Source: an uncultured Alphaproteobacteria bacterium (lineage in GTDB: Bacteria; Pseudomonadota; Alphaproteobacteria; Caulobacterales; Parvularculaceae). Taken from it: DNA of 64,000 nt. A program made the translations under genes and the position numbers. The notes beneath the pieces were generated by a model. It had not been told where the DNA came from, did no database searches, and saw only the letters and a list, made by a program, of their open reading frames with translations. The stretch is taken from positions 4,099-68,098 of the forward strand of contig CALAZI010000029.1 in assembly GCA_937895955.1 (NCBI GenBank), read 5' to 3'. This document shows positions 28,878 to 38,685 of this stretch, piece after piece (the stretch's first letter is position 1; each line of letters starts with the position of its first letter).

Positions 28878-29672
28878 ATGAGCCAGACGCCCGCCGCGCC
28901 GCAGATCAACGGCAAAATGTTCCTTTTTGAGAAGCCCGAGCTCTTGAGCCGCGAGCATCACGGCAAGCTCGGCCTCGACGCCGCAAAGAAGCCCTTCAGC
29001 TTTTGCGCGCATGTCCGCGCCATTCCGCTGACGATTTCCGAAGTCGTCGAGGCGGCCAAGCACTATCCGGTCGTTTTTTATTCGCAGGAAGAGCCGCTGC
29101 CGATCGCCATTCTCGGCTTCAACAGCGACATCAACCTGTTCGTCGATGAAGAGGGCAATTGGGAAGAGCACGCCTATATCCCGGGCTATCTGCGCCGCTA
29201 TCCCTTCGCGCTCGCCGGCGAAACCGGGGGCGATCGTTACGCGCTGGTTCTCGACGCCGCCTATGAAGGGCTGTCGGCGAAGGCTGAGCGCAAGCTGTTC
29301 GAGAATAATGAGCTCAGCGCGTTCGCCAAGAGCGCGATGGAATTCACGACGACCTATGAAACCGATCGCCGGCTTACCGACCGGATCATGAAGGAACTGA
29401 AAAAGCTGGACATCATTCATTCGCAGACGGCGCAATACACGCCGGCCGGCGAGACGGCGCCGCGCACTTTCGCGCAATATTTCGGCATCGACGAGCAGCA
29501 TCTCAATAAGCTGACCGACGAGCAGTTTCTCGAATTGCGCAAGATGAACGTGCTGCCGGTCATCTACGCGCACCTCGTATCGCTCAACAATTGGCGCTCG
29601 CTCATCGGCCGCCGCATGAAACGTCTCGGCGTCAGCGAGCTTGAAGCGGTTTCCGGCCAGCGTCCGTCATAG
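28878..29672 (+). CDS. SapC family protein
   Basis: IPLTISEV..AAKHYPVVF, NLFV, YIPGYLRRYPF. Confidence 0.85.
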   Translation: MSQTPAAPQINGKMFLFEKPELLSREHHGKLGLDAAKKPFSFCAHVRAIPLTISEVVEAAKHYPVVFYSQEEPLPIAILGFNSDINLFVDEEGNWEEHAYIPGYLRRYPFALAGETGGDRYALVLDAAYEGLSAKAERKLFENNELSAFAKSAMEFTTTYETDRRLTDRIMKELKKLDIIHSQTAQYTPAGETAPRTFAQYFGIDEQHLNKLTDEQFLELRKMNVLPVIYAHLVSLNNWRSLIGRRMKRLGVSELEAVSGQRPS

Positions 29673-29752
29673 GCGTTCAAAACAAAGCGAGCATCGCTTT
29701 CCCGCCCGCCGGTCATATTGGCCGCGCGGGCGGTCTCGCGTAAGGAGGGGCG

Positions 29753-31783
29753 ATGCGCCTTTCCGTTTTTCTTGCGATCATCCTTGCGCTGACGACGCCG
29801 GCATACGCGGCCTCGTCCGTGGTCACCGATCACGCCTCGTCGCGCCTGATCGCTGAAACCGACGGCGTCGAACCGGGCGGCGTTCTCAGTCTCGCTTTTG
29901 CGCAGGAGCTTGAAGACGGCTGGCACGTCTATTGGAAAAACCCTGGCGATTCCGGCCTGCCGCTTGAATTCAAATGGCGCTTGCCAGCGGGCGCCGAAGC
30001 GGGCGCGATCGACTATCCCGCGCCGCATCGCATCCAGATCGGGCCGCTTGTCAATTTCGGCCATGAAGGCGCGCCGGTTTTCCTGACCAATCTAACGGCG
30101 CCGGCGGATGCGCCGGTCGGCTCCCGTTTCGACATCGCGCTCGAGGCGACCTGGCTTATCTGCGCCGACATTTGCGTGCCGGAGACCGGGAGTTTTTCGC
30201 TTTCCGTTCCGGTCGTCGAAAAGGCGTCGCCCGATCCGGCGCAGGCGTCGTTGTTTGCGAAAGCGCGCGCGGCGGCGCCGTCGCCGCTCGAAGGGAAGGC
30301 GCATTACGCCGTACAGGGATCAACGCTGACGCTCGACATTCCGGCAGTCGATGTTGATGAAGCCTATTTCTTTCCCGACATGGCGGGCGTTTCCGAACCG
30401 GCGGCCGACCAGCGCATACGGAAAAAAGGCGACCGCCTTTCGCTGACAATTGTCGGCGCCGCCGCGCTCTCCTCGATCGCGGGCCCGCTGTCAGGCGTCG
30501 TTCAACTCGGCGAGGGCGACAGCGCGCAATGGCGGTCCCTGACGGCGGAACCCGCCGGCGTCGCGCCGGGCGATGGTCAAAAACCGGGCGGGTCAATCAT
30601 CGCGCTCCTTATCGCCGCCTTCTTCGGCGGGGCGATCCTCAATCTCATGCCCTGCGTTTTTCCGATCCTCTTCGTCAAAGCCGCCTCAATGGCGAAAGCC
30701 GCAAGCGGCGATGCGCCGTTGCTGCGCCGGCATGGCGCGCTTTACGGCGTCGGCGTCGTCGCAAGTTTCGCGGCGCTTGGCGGCTTGCTCCTTGTCCTGC
30801 GCGCCGGGGGAGAGGAAATCGGCTGGGGTTTCCACCTTCAATCGCCGGCCGTCGTCGCCCTGTCGGCTTACGTCCTTTTTGCGGTCGGACTTAATCTCGC
30901 CGGCGCGTTTCATGTCGGCGCGAGCGTTCAAAATCTCGGATCGGGACTCGTCGCGGGCCGAAACGGCGATTTTTCCGCCTTCATGACCGGCGTTCTCGCC
31001 GTCATCGTCGCCGCGCCCTGCGTCGGCCCGCTCCTGACCGCGCCGGTCGGCGCCGCGGCGGTCCTGCCGCCCTTTGAGGGCTTTTCGATTTTCATCGCGA
31101 TGGCGCTCGGGCTCGCCGCGCCTTACGTCCTCATTTCTTTTGCGCCAGGCGCTGCGCGCCTCCTCCCGAAGCCCGGCCCCTGGATGGATCGCTTCCGTCA
31201 GGCGCTCGCCTTTCCGGTTTTCGCCGCCGCCGGCTTTTTCGTCTGGGTGCTCGCCGCCCAGACGGGCGGGAAGGGTCTCGCGCTGGCGATCGCCGGGCTG
31301 ATCGCCGTCGCGCTGGCCGCGCGCCTGTGGGAATGGGGCCGGACGACGAAGGGCTTTAAAGTCGCCGCCTTGATCGCGCTTGTCGCCGCGCTCATTCCGG
31401 TCGCTCTGTTGAAGCCGGCGGAGGCCGCTGCGCCGAGAGCGGGCGCGATCGCATTTGATGCCGCCGATATCGAGGCGCGCCGCCAGGCGGGCGAGCGGCT
31501 TTTCATCGATTTCACCGCCGCCTGGTGCGTCACCTGCCAGGTCAACAAGCTGACCGTCCTCTCCTCGCCCGCCGTTAAGGCGGCTTTTGAAGAGGCGGGC
31601 GTCGGTTATGTGACGGCGGATTGGACCAATCGCGACCCCGCCATCGAACGCGCGCTCGCTTCATTCGGCGCCAATGGCGTGCCGCTTTACGTCTATTATC
31701 CCGCCGGCGGCGAGGCGATTGTCCTTGACCAGCCGCTTACCGAACGCCGGATTTTGGCGGCGCTGAACGGCGCCCCCGGATAA
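29753..31783 (+). CDS. dsbD: Protein-disulfide reductase DsbD family
   Basis: GWHVYWKNPGDSG, LICADICVP, NLMPCVFP, AAPCVGP, DFTAAWCVTC. Confidence 0.88.
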   Translation: MRLSVFLAIILALTTPAYAASSVVTDHASSRLIAETDGVEPGGVLSLAFAQELEDGWHVYWKNPGDSGLPLEFKWRLPAGAEAGAIDYPAPHRIQIGPLVNFGHEGAPVFLTNLTAPADAPVGSRFDIALEATWLICADICVPETGSFSLSVPVVEKASPDPAQASLFAKARAAAPSPLEGKAHYAVQGSTLTLDIPAVDVDEAYFFPDMAGVSEPAADQRIRKKGDRLSLTIVGAAALSSIAGPLSGVVQLGEGDSAQWRSLTAEPAGVAPGDGQKPGGSIIALLIAAFFGGAILNLMPCVFPILFVKAASMAKAASGDAPLLRRHGALYGVGVVASFAALGGLLLVLRAGGEEIGWGFHLQSPAVVALSAYVLFAVGLNLAGAFHVGASVQNLGSGLVAGRNGDFSAFMTGVLAVIVAAPCVGPLLTAPVGAAAVLPPFEGFSIFIAMALGLAAPYVLISFAPGAARLLPKPGPWMDRFRQALAFPVFAAAGFFVWVLAAQTGGKGLALAIAGLIAVALAARLWEWGRTTKGFKVAALIALVAALIPVALLKPAEAAAPRAGAIAFDAADIEARRQAGERLFIDFTAAWCVTCQVNKLTVLSSPAVKAAFEEAGVGYVTADWTNRDPAIERALASFGANGVPLYVYYPAGGEAIVLDQPLTERRILAALNGAPG

Positions 31784-31807
31784 GATCCATCGAAAGGAAA
31801 CGTCCCG

Positions 31808-32410
31808 ATGCTGAAACTGTCCCTTCTCGCCGCCGCCATGTTCGCCGCCGGTCCGGCTTTTGCCGGACCCGCCATCGACGCCGCTGCTCCCGCCTTTGCG
31901 GGCGAAACATCCGCCGGCGAAACGATTTCCCTTGCGCAGTTCAAAGGCGAGCTCGTGGTGCTCGAATGGACGAATGACGGCTGCCCCTTCGTCCAGAAGC
32001 ACTATCAGACCGGCAATATGCAGAAGACCCAGCGCGCCGCGAATGAGGCGGGCGTCGTCTGGATCACGGTCATCTCCTCAGCGCCCGGCAAGCAGGGCCA
32101 TGCCGACGCCGCGCGGGCGAATGAGTTGACCGTCGGATACGGGGCCGCGCCCGATCACGTGCTGCTCGATCCCGAAGGCGTCGTCGGCAAGGCCTATGGC
32201 GCGAAAACGACGCCGCAAATGGCGCTGATTGATGAAAAGGGCGTCCTTCGCTACGCCGGCGCGATCGACGACAGGCCGACCGCCGATCATGCGAGCATCG
32301 AGGGGGCGACGAATTACCTGCTGGCGGCGCTCGGCGAGGTCTCGGCCGGCAATCCGGTCTCGGTCAGGGAGACCCGGCCTTACGGCTGCTCGGTCAAATA
32401 CGGATCGTGA
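31808..32410 (+). CDS. Periplasmic redoxin (AhpC/TSA-like)
   Basis: LEWTNDGCPFVQKHY, YGAKTTP, YGCSVKY; follows dsbD. Confidence 0.85.
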   Translation: MLKLSLLAAAMFAAGPAFAGPAIDAAAPAFAGETSAGETISLAQFKGELVVLEWTNDGCPFVQKHYQTGNMQKTQRAANEAGVVWITVISSAPGKQGHADAARANELTVGYGAAPDHVLLDPEGVVGKAYGAKTTPQMALIDEKGVLRYAGAIDDRPTADHASIEGATNYLLAALGEVSAGNPVSVRETRPYGCSVKYGS

Positions 32411-32413
32411 ATT

Positions 32414-32566
32414 CTAGCGCGAGGCGTCGGCGAAAAGTTCAAGCGCCGGCGCCGCAACCTGCGGCTCAACCGCCTTGAAGGCGAAAATCGCAGTGACCGC
32501 GAGCGTGACGATAAGATTGCGCGCGAGACGATGGATGATTGTCGAGGAGCGGGCGGTTGAGATCAT
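32414..32566 (-). CDS. Putative 50-aa single-TM small protein (absent from ORF track)
   Basis: MISTARSSTIIHRLARNLIVTLAVTAIFAFKAVEPQVAAPALELFADASR*; AAAGAG upstream; fills the redoxin-pgi gap. Confidence 0.45.
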   Translation of the reverse strand: MISTARSSTIIHRLARNLIVTLAVTAIFAFKAVEPQVAAPALELFADASR

Positions 32567-32677
32567 GGCGTCACTCTTTACTGTGCCATCATTAAAATCC
32601 GTTGAGGCTCATGCCTAAAATCCATATCAATTCGCGCTATCGCATCGGCGATACGAACGCTTAAGGTTAATGAGGCG

Positions 32678-34345
32678 ATGAGCGACATCACCAAAAGCGC
32701 GGCATGGGCCCGGCTTGAAACGCAGCGGGACGCGCTTCGCAAACGTCGGACCATTGATCTTTTCAACGCCGATCCGAAGCGCGCCGAGGTTTTTTCGATC
32801 GAGGCGGCGGGGCTTTATCTCGATTATTCGAAAAACCGCATCTCTAGCGAAGCGCGCGCGGGCCTTGTCGATCTCGCCGGCGCCGCCGATCTCAAGGGCG
32901 CGATCCGCGCGATGTTTTCGGGCGAGAAAATCAACACAACGGAAAATCGCGCCGTCCTGCATGTCGCGCTGAGGGATTTTTCAAGCCGCGCCTATAAGGT
33001 CGACGGCGTCGCTGTCGCGCCGCTCGTCGCGGCCGAACGCGCCAGGATGGAAGCCTTCGCCCGGAAATACGAAGCGGGCGCGCTGAAAGGCTTTTCCGGC
33101 GCGCCGCTCGATGCGATCGTCAATATCGGCATCGGCGGGTCCGATCTCGGCCCCTTGATGGCGGTTGAAGCGCTTCGCCCCTTCTGGCTCAAGGGTCGCG
33201 CCGCGCATTTCGTCTCGAATGTCGACGGCCAGCATCTCGCCGATGCGCTTGAGGGGCTCGATCCGGCGAAAACGCTGTTCATCGTCGCGTCGAAAACCTT
33301 CACGACGCAGGAAACGATGACGAACGCGCAAAGCGCGCGGGACTGGTTCCTGAAAAGCGGCGGCAGCGAAAAAGACATCGCGAAACATTTCATCGCGCTG
33401 TCGACCAATGAAAAGGCCGTGACGGATTTCGGCATTGCGCCTGAAAACATGTTCCAGTTCTGGGACTGGGTCGGCGGGCGCTATTCGATGTGGTCGGCGA
33501 TCGGGCTTTCGATCGCGCTGCAATGCGGCTGGGACGCCTTTGAAGCGATGCTGAAAGGCGCGCATCAGATGGACGCGCATTTCGCCGCCGCGCCGCTCGA
33601 AGAAAACATGCCGGCGATGCTTGCGCTTGTCGGCGTCTGGAACCGGAATTTCGAAGGCGCGGCCGCGCACGCCGTTCTCCCCTATGACCAGCATCTCCAT
33701 CGACTGCCCGCCTATCTCCAGCAGCTCGATATGGAATCGAACGGCAAGGCGACGACCAAATCCGGCGCCCGCTCCATCTGCGCGACCGGCCCGATCCTCT
33801 TCGGCGAACCGGGCACCAACGGGCAGCACGCTTTCTATCAGCTCATTCATCAGGGAACGGATATCATCGCCTGCGACTTCATCGCGGCGGCGAAATCCGC
33901 TTCGCCGCTCGGCGATCATCATGAAAAGCTGCTCGCGAATTTTCTCGCGCAGACAGAAGCGTTGATGCTTGGGCGCAGCGCGGATGAGGCGCGCGCCGAA
34001 CTCGCCGCCGGCGGCATGGGCGCGAAAGAGATCGACGCGCTCGCGCCGCACAAGGTCTTTCCGGGCGACCGGCCGACCAATTCGATAGTGATGGAGCGTC
34101 TGACGCCGGAAACCTTGGGCGCGCTCGTCGCGCTTTACGAACACAAGATCTTTTGCCAGGGCGTCGTCTGGGGGATAAATTCCTTTGACCAATGGGGCGT
34201 TGAACTCGGCAAGGCGCTGGCGAAGGAAATTCTTCCCGAGATCGCGGCGCTTGGGCAGAAAAAATCGCCAACGAAAAATCATGACGGCTCGACGCGCCGG
34301 CTGATCGAAAAGATCAACGCCATGCGCGCCCGACAGGGAGAGTGA
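32678..34345 (+). CDS. pgi: Glucose-6-phosphate isomerase
   Basis: NIGIGGSDLGP, SKTFTTQET, WDWVGGRYS, FDQWGVELGK. Confidence 0.97.
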   Translation: MSDITKSAAWARLETQRDALRKRRTIDLFNADPKRAEVFSIEAAGLYLDYSKNRISSEARAGLVDLAGAADLKGAIRAMFSGEKINTTENRAVLHVALRDFSSRAYKVDGVAVAPLVAAERARMEAFARKYEAGALKGFSGAPLDAIVNIGIGGSDLGPLMAVEALRPFWLKGRAAHFVSNVDGQHLADALEGLDPAKTLFIVASKTFTTQETMTNAQSARDWFLKSGGSEKDIAKHFIALSTNEKAVTDFGIAPENMFQFWDWVGGRYSMWSAIGLSIALQCGWDAFEAMLKGAHQMDAHFAAAPLEENMPAMLALVGVWNRNFEGAAAHAVLPYDQHLHRLPAYLQQLDMESNGKATTKSGARSICATGPILFGEPGTNGQHAFYQLIHQGTDIIACDFIAAAKSASPLGDHHEKLLANFLAQTEALMLGRSADEARAELAAGGMGAKEIDALAPHKVFPGDRPTNSIVMERLTPETLGALVALYEHKIFCQGVVWGINSFDQWGVELGKALAKEILPEIAALGQKKSPTKNHDGSTRRLIEKINAMRARQGE

Positions 34346-34346
34346 G

Positions 34347-35081
34347 ATGCTGAAAAAGATAATCATCGCGGGTTTGGCGTTGCTTGTTCTCGCCGCCTGC
34401 GAGGACCGGAAGCGCCCTGAACCTGTCGTGCCGCCGGCGCCGGAGGAAAGCGTCGCCGAAGTCGCGGCTGACGATTACGGCGCCGTCGCGGATGAACCCG
34501 TCGTCCAAGAATCAGCCGCGCCGATTGCGACGAAAGCCGACGCCCTCGAATGGCCGGCGACAAATCTTCACGCGAAGATCGTCACGTCGAAGGGAGACTT
34601 GCTGGTCGATCTCTATCCCGAACAGGCGCCGCAAACCGTCGCCAATTTCATTCAATACGCAGAAGACGGCCATTATGATCGTCTGATCATTCACCGCGTC
34701 GTGCCGGGCTTCGTCATTCAGGGCGGCGGCTACAACAAATATTGGAGCGAGCGGCCGACGCGCGATCCCGTCCCCTATGAGGGCGACAACGGTCTCGGCA
34801 ATTACAGGACGACGCTCGCCATGGCGCGCACGATGGACCCGAACAGCGCCGCCGCGCAGTGGTATGTCAATCTTCGCGACAACAACGATCAGCTCGATCA
34901 TTTCGTCAATGATCTCGGACCGCGTTACGGCTACGCCGTCTTCGGCCGCGTGGTGGGCGGCATGGACGTCGCCGACGCGATCGGATCGCTTCGAACCGGC
35001 GCCGGCGGCCCCTTTCCGGCCGAAGTGCCGGTCGAAACCGTCACCATCAGCCGCGTCGACATCATTGAGGATCGCCCATAA
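34347..35081 (+). CDS. Cyclophilin-type peptidyl-prolyl isomerase, lipoprotein
   Basis: Lipobox LAAC; HRVVPGFVIQGGG, LAMART, GYAVFG. Confidence 0.9.
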   Translation: MLKKIIIAGLALLVLAACEDRKRPEPVVPPAPEESVAEVAADDYGAVADEPVVQESAAPIATKADALEWPATNLHAKIVTSKGDLLVDLYPEQAPQTVANFIQYAEDGHYDRLIIHRVVPGFVIQGGGYNKYWSERPTRDPVPYEGDNGLGNYRTTLAMARTMDPNSAAAQWYVNLRDNNDQLDHFVNDLGPRYGYAVFGRVVGGMDVADAIGSLRTGAGGPFPAEVPVETVTISRVDIIEDRP

Positions 35082-35222
35082 CGCGCCGGGCGCAAAATCG
35101 GAAACCGGTTTTACGCGAAATGGCGCGCTGGAATGGGAAATTGATCATCGGGCGCGATTTGACGATCGCGCCCGGGATCTGAGCGCGTTGCGCCTCGGCG
35201 CGCCTTCGGCTATCCCGCCGCG

Positions 35223-36701
35223 ATGGCTAAAAAAGACAAACCGCAAAGGCCGAAGGCGCGAATCCCGCGCGGCTTCCGCGACCGGCTCGGCGCGGAGATC
35301 GCCGCCGAGCGTGAGATGCTGGCGCGCATTTCGGCGGTTTACGAGTCGTTCGGCTTCGACCCGCTTGAAACGCCGGCCTTTGAATATACTGACGCGCTCG
35401 GCAAATTCCTGCCCGATATCGATCGCCCGAATCAGGGCGTCTTCTCGCTGCAGGACGATGACGAGCAGTGGATGAGCCTGCGCTATGATTTAACGGCGCC
35501 GCTCGCGCGTTACGTCGCTGAAAATTACGACGCGCTGCCGAAACCTTTCCGCCGTTACGCCGTCGGCCCGGTCTGGCGCAATGAAAAGCCGGGACCGGGG
35601 CGCTATCGCCAGTTCACGCAATGCGACGCCGACACGGTCGGCGCGGCCGCGCCGCACGCCGACGCGGAAATGTGCATGCTTTACGCGGAAGTCCTTGAGG
35701 CGGCCGGCGTTCCCGTCGGGGAATTTATCGTCCGCGTGTCAAACCGCAGGATTGTCGACGGGCTATTCGAAAAGCTCGGGCTCGGCGGCGAGGGCGACGC
35801 TCAAACGCGCCTCAACGTCATGCGATCAATGGACAAGTTCGATCGTCTTGGCGAGGCGGGGGTCCGGCTTTTGTTGGGACCCGGACGAAAGGATGAAAGC
35901 GGCGACTTCACGAAAGGCGTCGGGCTTTCGGATGCGAAGATCGATTCGGTCGTCGCCTTTTTGTCCTCGACCGTTGAACGCGACAGCGCCGCGACGCTGG
36001 CGCGGATCGCGGCCGTGCTTGGCGACACGCCGAGCGGTTCGGTCGGCGTTGAGGAATTGTCGTCTATCGACCGGCAGCTTCTTGATCGGCACCGCAAGTC
36101 CGTTTTCGTAGATCTTTCAATCATTCGCGGTCTTGAATATTACACCGGCCCGGTTTTCGAAGTCGATCTGACTTTTGACTTGCGCGACGAGAAGGGCAAG
36201 CCTGTCAGCGTCGGCTCCGTCGGCGGCGGCGGGCGCTATGACGGCCTGGTGCAGCGCTTCAAGGGCGTTGAGGTTCCGGCGGTCGGGATTTCCGTCGGCG
36301 TGTCGCGCCTTCTCGCCGCGCTTGAGTTAAAACGCGGCGCGGCGACGCAGGCGAACGGTCCGGTCGTCGTTCTCGCGCTCGATAAGGATCAGATGGCGGA
36401 CTATCAGCGGATGGCGGCGGAATTGCGCGCGGCGGGCGTCAAGGCCGAGGTCTATCTCGGCGGCGCGAATTTCGCCAAGCAGATGAAATACGCCGACAAG
36501 CGCGCCGCGCCCGTAGCGGTCATCTGCGGCGAGGATGAGCGCGCAAAGGGCGAGGTGACGATCAAGGATCTCCTGCTCGGCGCCGAGCTTTCAAAGAAAA
36601 TCGAGGACAACGCCGAATGGCGCGAGTCGCAGCCGGCGCAGAAAAGCGTCGCGCGCGCTCTATTGGTTGAAGAGGTGAAACGCATTTTGGCGAATAAGTA
36701 A
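35223..36701 (+). CDS. hisS: Histidine--tRNA ligase
   Basis: PRGFRD, LRYDLTAPLAR, RYRQFTQCDAD, RGLEYYTG, GGRYDGL. Confidence 0.96.
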   Translation: MAKKDKPQRPKARIPRGFRDRLGAEIAAEREMLARISAVYESFGFDPLETPAFEYTDALGKFLPDIDRPNQGVFSLQDDDEQWMSLRYDLTAPLARYVAENYDALPKPFRRYAVGPVWRNEKPGPGRYRQFTQCDADTVGAAAPHADAEMCMLYAEVLEAAGVPVGEFIVRVSNRRIVDGLFEKLGLGGEGDAQTRLNVMRSMDKFDRLGEAGVRLLLGPGRKDESGDFTKGVGLSDAKIDSVVAFLSSTVERDSAATLARIAAVLGDTPSGSVGVEELSSIDRQLLDRHRKSVFVDLSIIRGLEYYTGPVFEVDLTFDLRDEKGKPVSVGSVGGGGRYDGLVQRFKGVEVPAVGISVGVSRLLAALELKRGAATQANGPVVVLALDKDQMADYQRMAAELRAAGVKAEVYLGGANFAKQMKYADKRAAPVAVICGEDERAKGEVTIKDLLLGAELSKKIEDNAEWRESQPAQKSVARALLVEEVKRILANK

Positions 36702-36713
36702 GAGTAGAAAAAA

Positions 36714-36782
36714 CCGCTCATTCCGGCGAAAGCCGGAATCCAGGCCGCCAATCTGGACCCCGGCTTCCGCCGGGGTGAACGG
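36714..36782. repeat. REP-like inverted doublet
   Basis: Two 27-nt units (36717-36743 and reverse complement of 36753-36779), 21/27 identical, each an 8-bp hairpin with GNRA loop, 9-nt spacer. Confidence 0.75.
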
Positions 36783-36811
36783 AGAGTGGAAATCCGGATA
36801 GGGAGCCCTGC

Positions 36812-38056
36812 ATGCGAGCCGCACTAATCGCCTTGCCGTTTTTGATGTCATCCGCGCTCGCCGCGCCGCTCGCCGATCCGGCGATGGAGGCGAAAGCGCG
36901 CGCCATTCACGACAAGGTCATCGCGCTCGACACGCATGTCGACATCCCTGACGATTTTGCGACGGAAGGAACCGATCCCGGCGGCTTCACGAAAAGCCAG
37001 GTCGACCTGCCGAAAATGCGCGCCGGCGGTCTCGATGCCGCCTTCTTCATCGTCTACACGCCCTGGGGCGAACTGACCGATGAAGGCTTCAAGAAGGGCT
37101 ATAAGACGGCGTTCTCAAAACTTGAAGCGATCCGCCGTTTCGTCAACGCCTATCCCAATCAAATCGCGCTTGCGATGAGCGCCGCCGATGCGCGCAAGAT
37201 TTCGCGTTCGGGGCGCAAGATCGCCTATATCGGCATGGAAAACGCCTATCCGCTCGGGCCGTCGCCGACGCAGGCTGATATTGACGGCCTCGCCGCGGCG
37301 GGCGTCCGTTACGCCGGCGTCACGCATTTCGGCCATAACCAGTTCGGCGATTCATCGAACCCGAACACCGGCGCCGGCGATCCGGAAGAAAAATGGGGCG
37401 GCCTTTCGCCGGCGGGGCGCGATCTTGTCGCGATGCTCAATCGCGCCGGGATCATGGTCGATGTCAGCCATTCGGGCCGCAAGACGATGATGCAGGCGCT
37501 TGAGCTCTCAAAAGCGCCGATCATCGCCTCGCATTCCGGCGTCAAGGCGATCGCCGACAGCCCGCGCAATCTCGATGATGAACAGTTGGCGGCGCTCGCC
37601 GCGAAAGGCGGCGTCGTGCAGCTCGTCGCGCTCGACGTCTATGTGAAGCCGCTGACCGCCGAACAGGACGCCTATCGGGATCGCGTTCGCAAGGAGATGG
37701 GGCTTGAGGACGCGGCGGCGCGCGCGGCGATGGATGCGGCGACGCAGGCCGAATACGAAAAACGCATGGAAGGCGTCTGGGCGATCGAGCCGCGCGCGAG
37801 CGTCGCCGACTTCGTCAACCATATCGATCATGCGGTGAAGGTCGCCGGCGTCGATCATGTCGGCATCGCGTCAGATTTCGACGGCGGCGGCGGCATTGTC
37901 GGCTGGGAGAATGCGTCGGAAACGCTGAACGTCACGCGCGAACTCGTCAGGCGCGGCTATTCGGAAGATGACATCGCCAAGATCTGGAGCGGCAATCTCC
38001 TGCGCGTCCTCGCCGAGGTCGAAAAGACCGCGGCGGCGCTGAAGAAAGAAAAATAA
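36812..38056 (+). CDS. Membrane dipeptidase (peptidase M19)
   Basis: DTHVD, GMENA, VDVSH, ASHS, HVGIASDFDGG. Confidence 0.9.
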   Translation: MRAALIALPFLMSSALAAPLADPAMEAKARAIHDKVIALDTHVDIPDDFATEGTDPGGFTKSQVDLPKMRAGGLDAAFFIVYTPWGELTDEGFKKGYKTAFSKLEAIRRFVNAYPNQIALAMSAADARKISRSGRKIAYIGMENAYPLGPSPTQADIDGLAAAGVRYAGVTHFGHNQFGDSSNPNTGAGDPEEKWGGLSPAGRDLVAMLNRAGIMVDVSHSGRKTMMQALELSKAPIIASHSGVKAIADSPRNLDDEQLAALAAKGGVVQLVALDVYVKPLTAEQDAYRDRVRKEMGLEDAAARAAMDAATQAEYEKRMEGVWAIEPRASVADFVNHIDHAVKVAGVDHVGIASDFDGGGGIVGWENASETLNVTRELVRRGYSEDDIAKIWSGNLLRVLAEVEKTAAALKKEK

Positions 38057-38059
38057 GGC

Positions 38060-38566
38060 TTACGCCGCGCGCAGCTTTTTCAGCACCGGCGATTTTTTCG
38101 ATCCGCCGCCGGGGCCTGCATCGCCGCCGAGCCGCGCGCGTTCGATAATGTCGCGCGCCAGCATCGGCGCTTCCGAGCGGAAAATCGTCTTGCCGTCGTC
38201 ATCGACGTAAATGACGAAAAAGCCTTCTTCGGCGTCCATCGCATGGCGCATCAGCGAGGCGTCGAGCCAGTCGATCGGCTCGCCGTTTTTCGTCGGCTGG
38301 CTCTGCCCGTAAACCTCGATCACCGAAACGTCCTTGCGGATGAGCGCGGCGATCGCCGGCTTCAAAAGCCGCCGCTGCATGCGGCAGGCGTTGTGATTGG
38401 CGGTGGGGCCGATGATGAACAGCGTGTTCTTCGGTGAAAAGCGTTTGGGCTCGGTCTTGCGGATCGCCTCGCGGATGTCGGGCACGGGCAAGGGACCGCG
38501 CGCGGCGAAATACGCGATTGCGCCGAAAATGATGCAGGTCGCCAGAATGAGCAGCGTCAGGCCCAT
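38060..38566 (-). CDS. DUF4174-like thioredoxin-fold protein with N-terminal TM
   Basis: N-terminal TM; LFIIGP...Q...DVSVIEVY...FFVIYVDDDGK pattern. Confidence 0.55.
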   Translation of the reverse strand: MGLTLLILATCIIFGAIAYFAARGPLPVPDIREAIRKTEPKRFSPKNTLFIIGPTANHNACRMQRRLLKPAIAALIRKDVSVIEVYGQSQPTKNGEPIDWLDASLMRHAMDAEEGFFVIYVDDDGKTIFRSEAPMLARDIIERARLGGDAGPGGGSKKSPVLKKLRAA

Positions 38567-38685
38567 GGAAGAACGTTAGCCAATCGTCATTGACGGCGCG
38601 TTAACGAAATTCCCACAGCCGCGGCATGAATCGGTAAAACGTTGTTCCGTCCCGGAATTTTCGTCCGGTCGGCGCGGCGGCGCCG

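Noticed and set aside
35149-35174. Perfect 10-bp hairpin upstream of hisS
   Set aside because: No U-tract, no second copy and no attenuator peptide seen. Such hairpins are common in GC-rich DNA.
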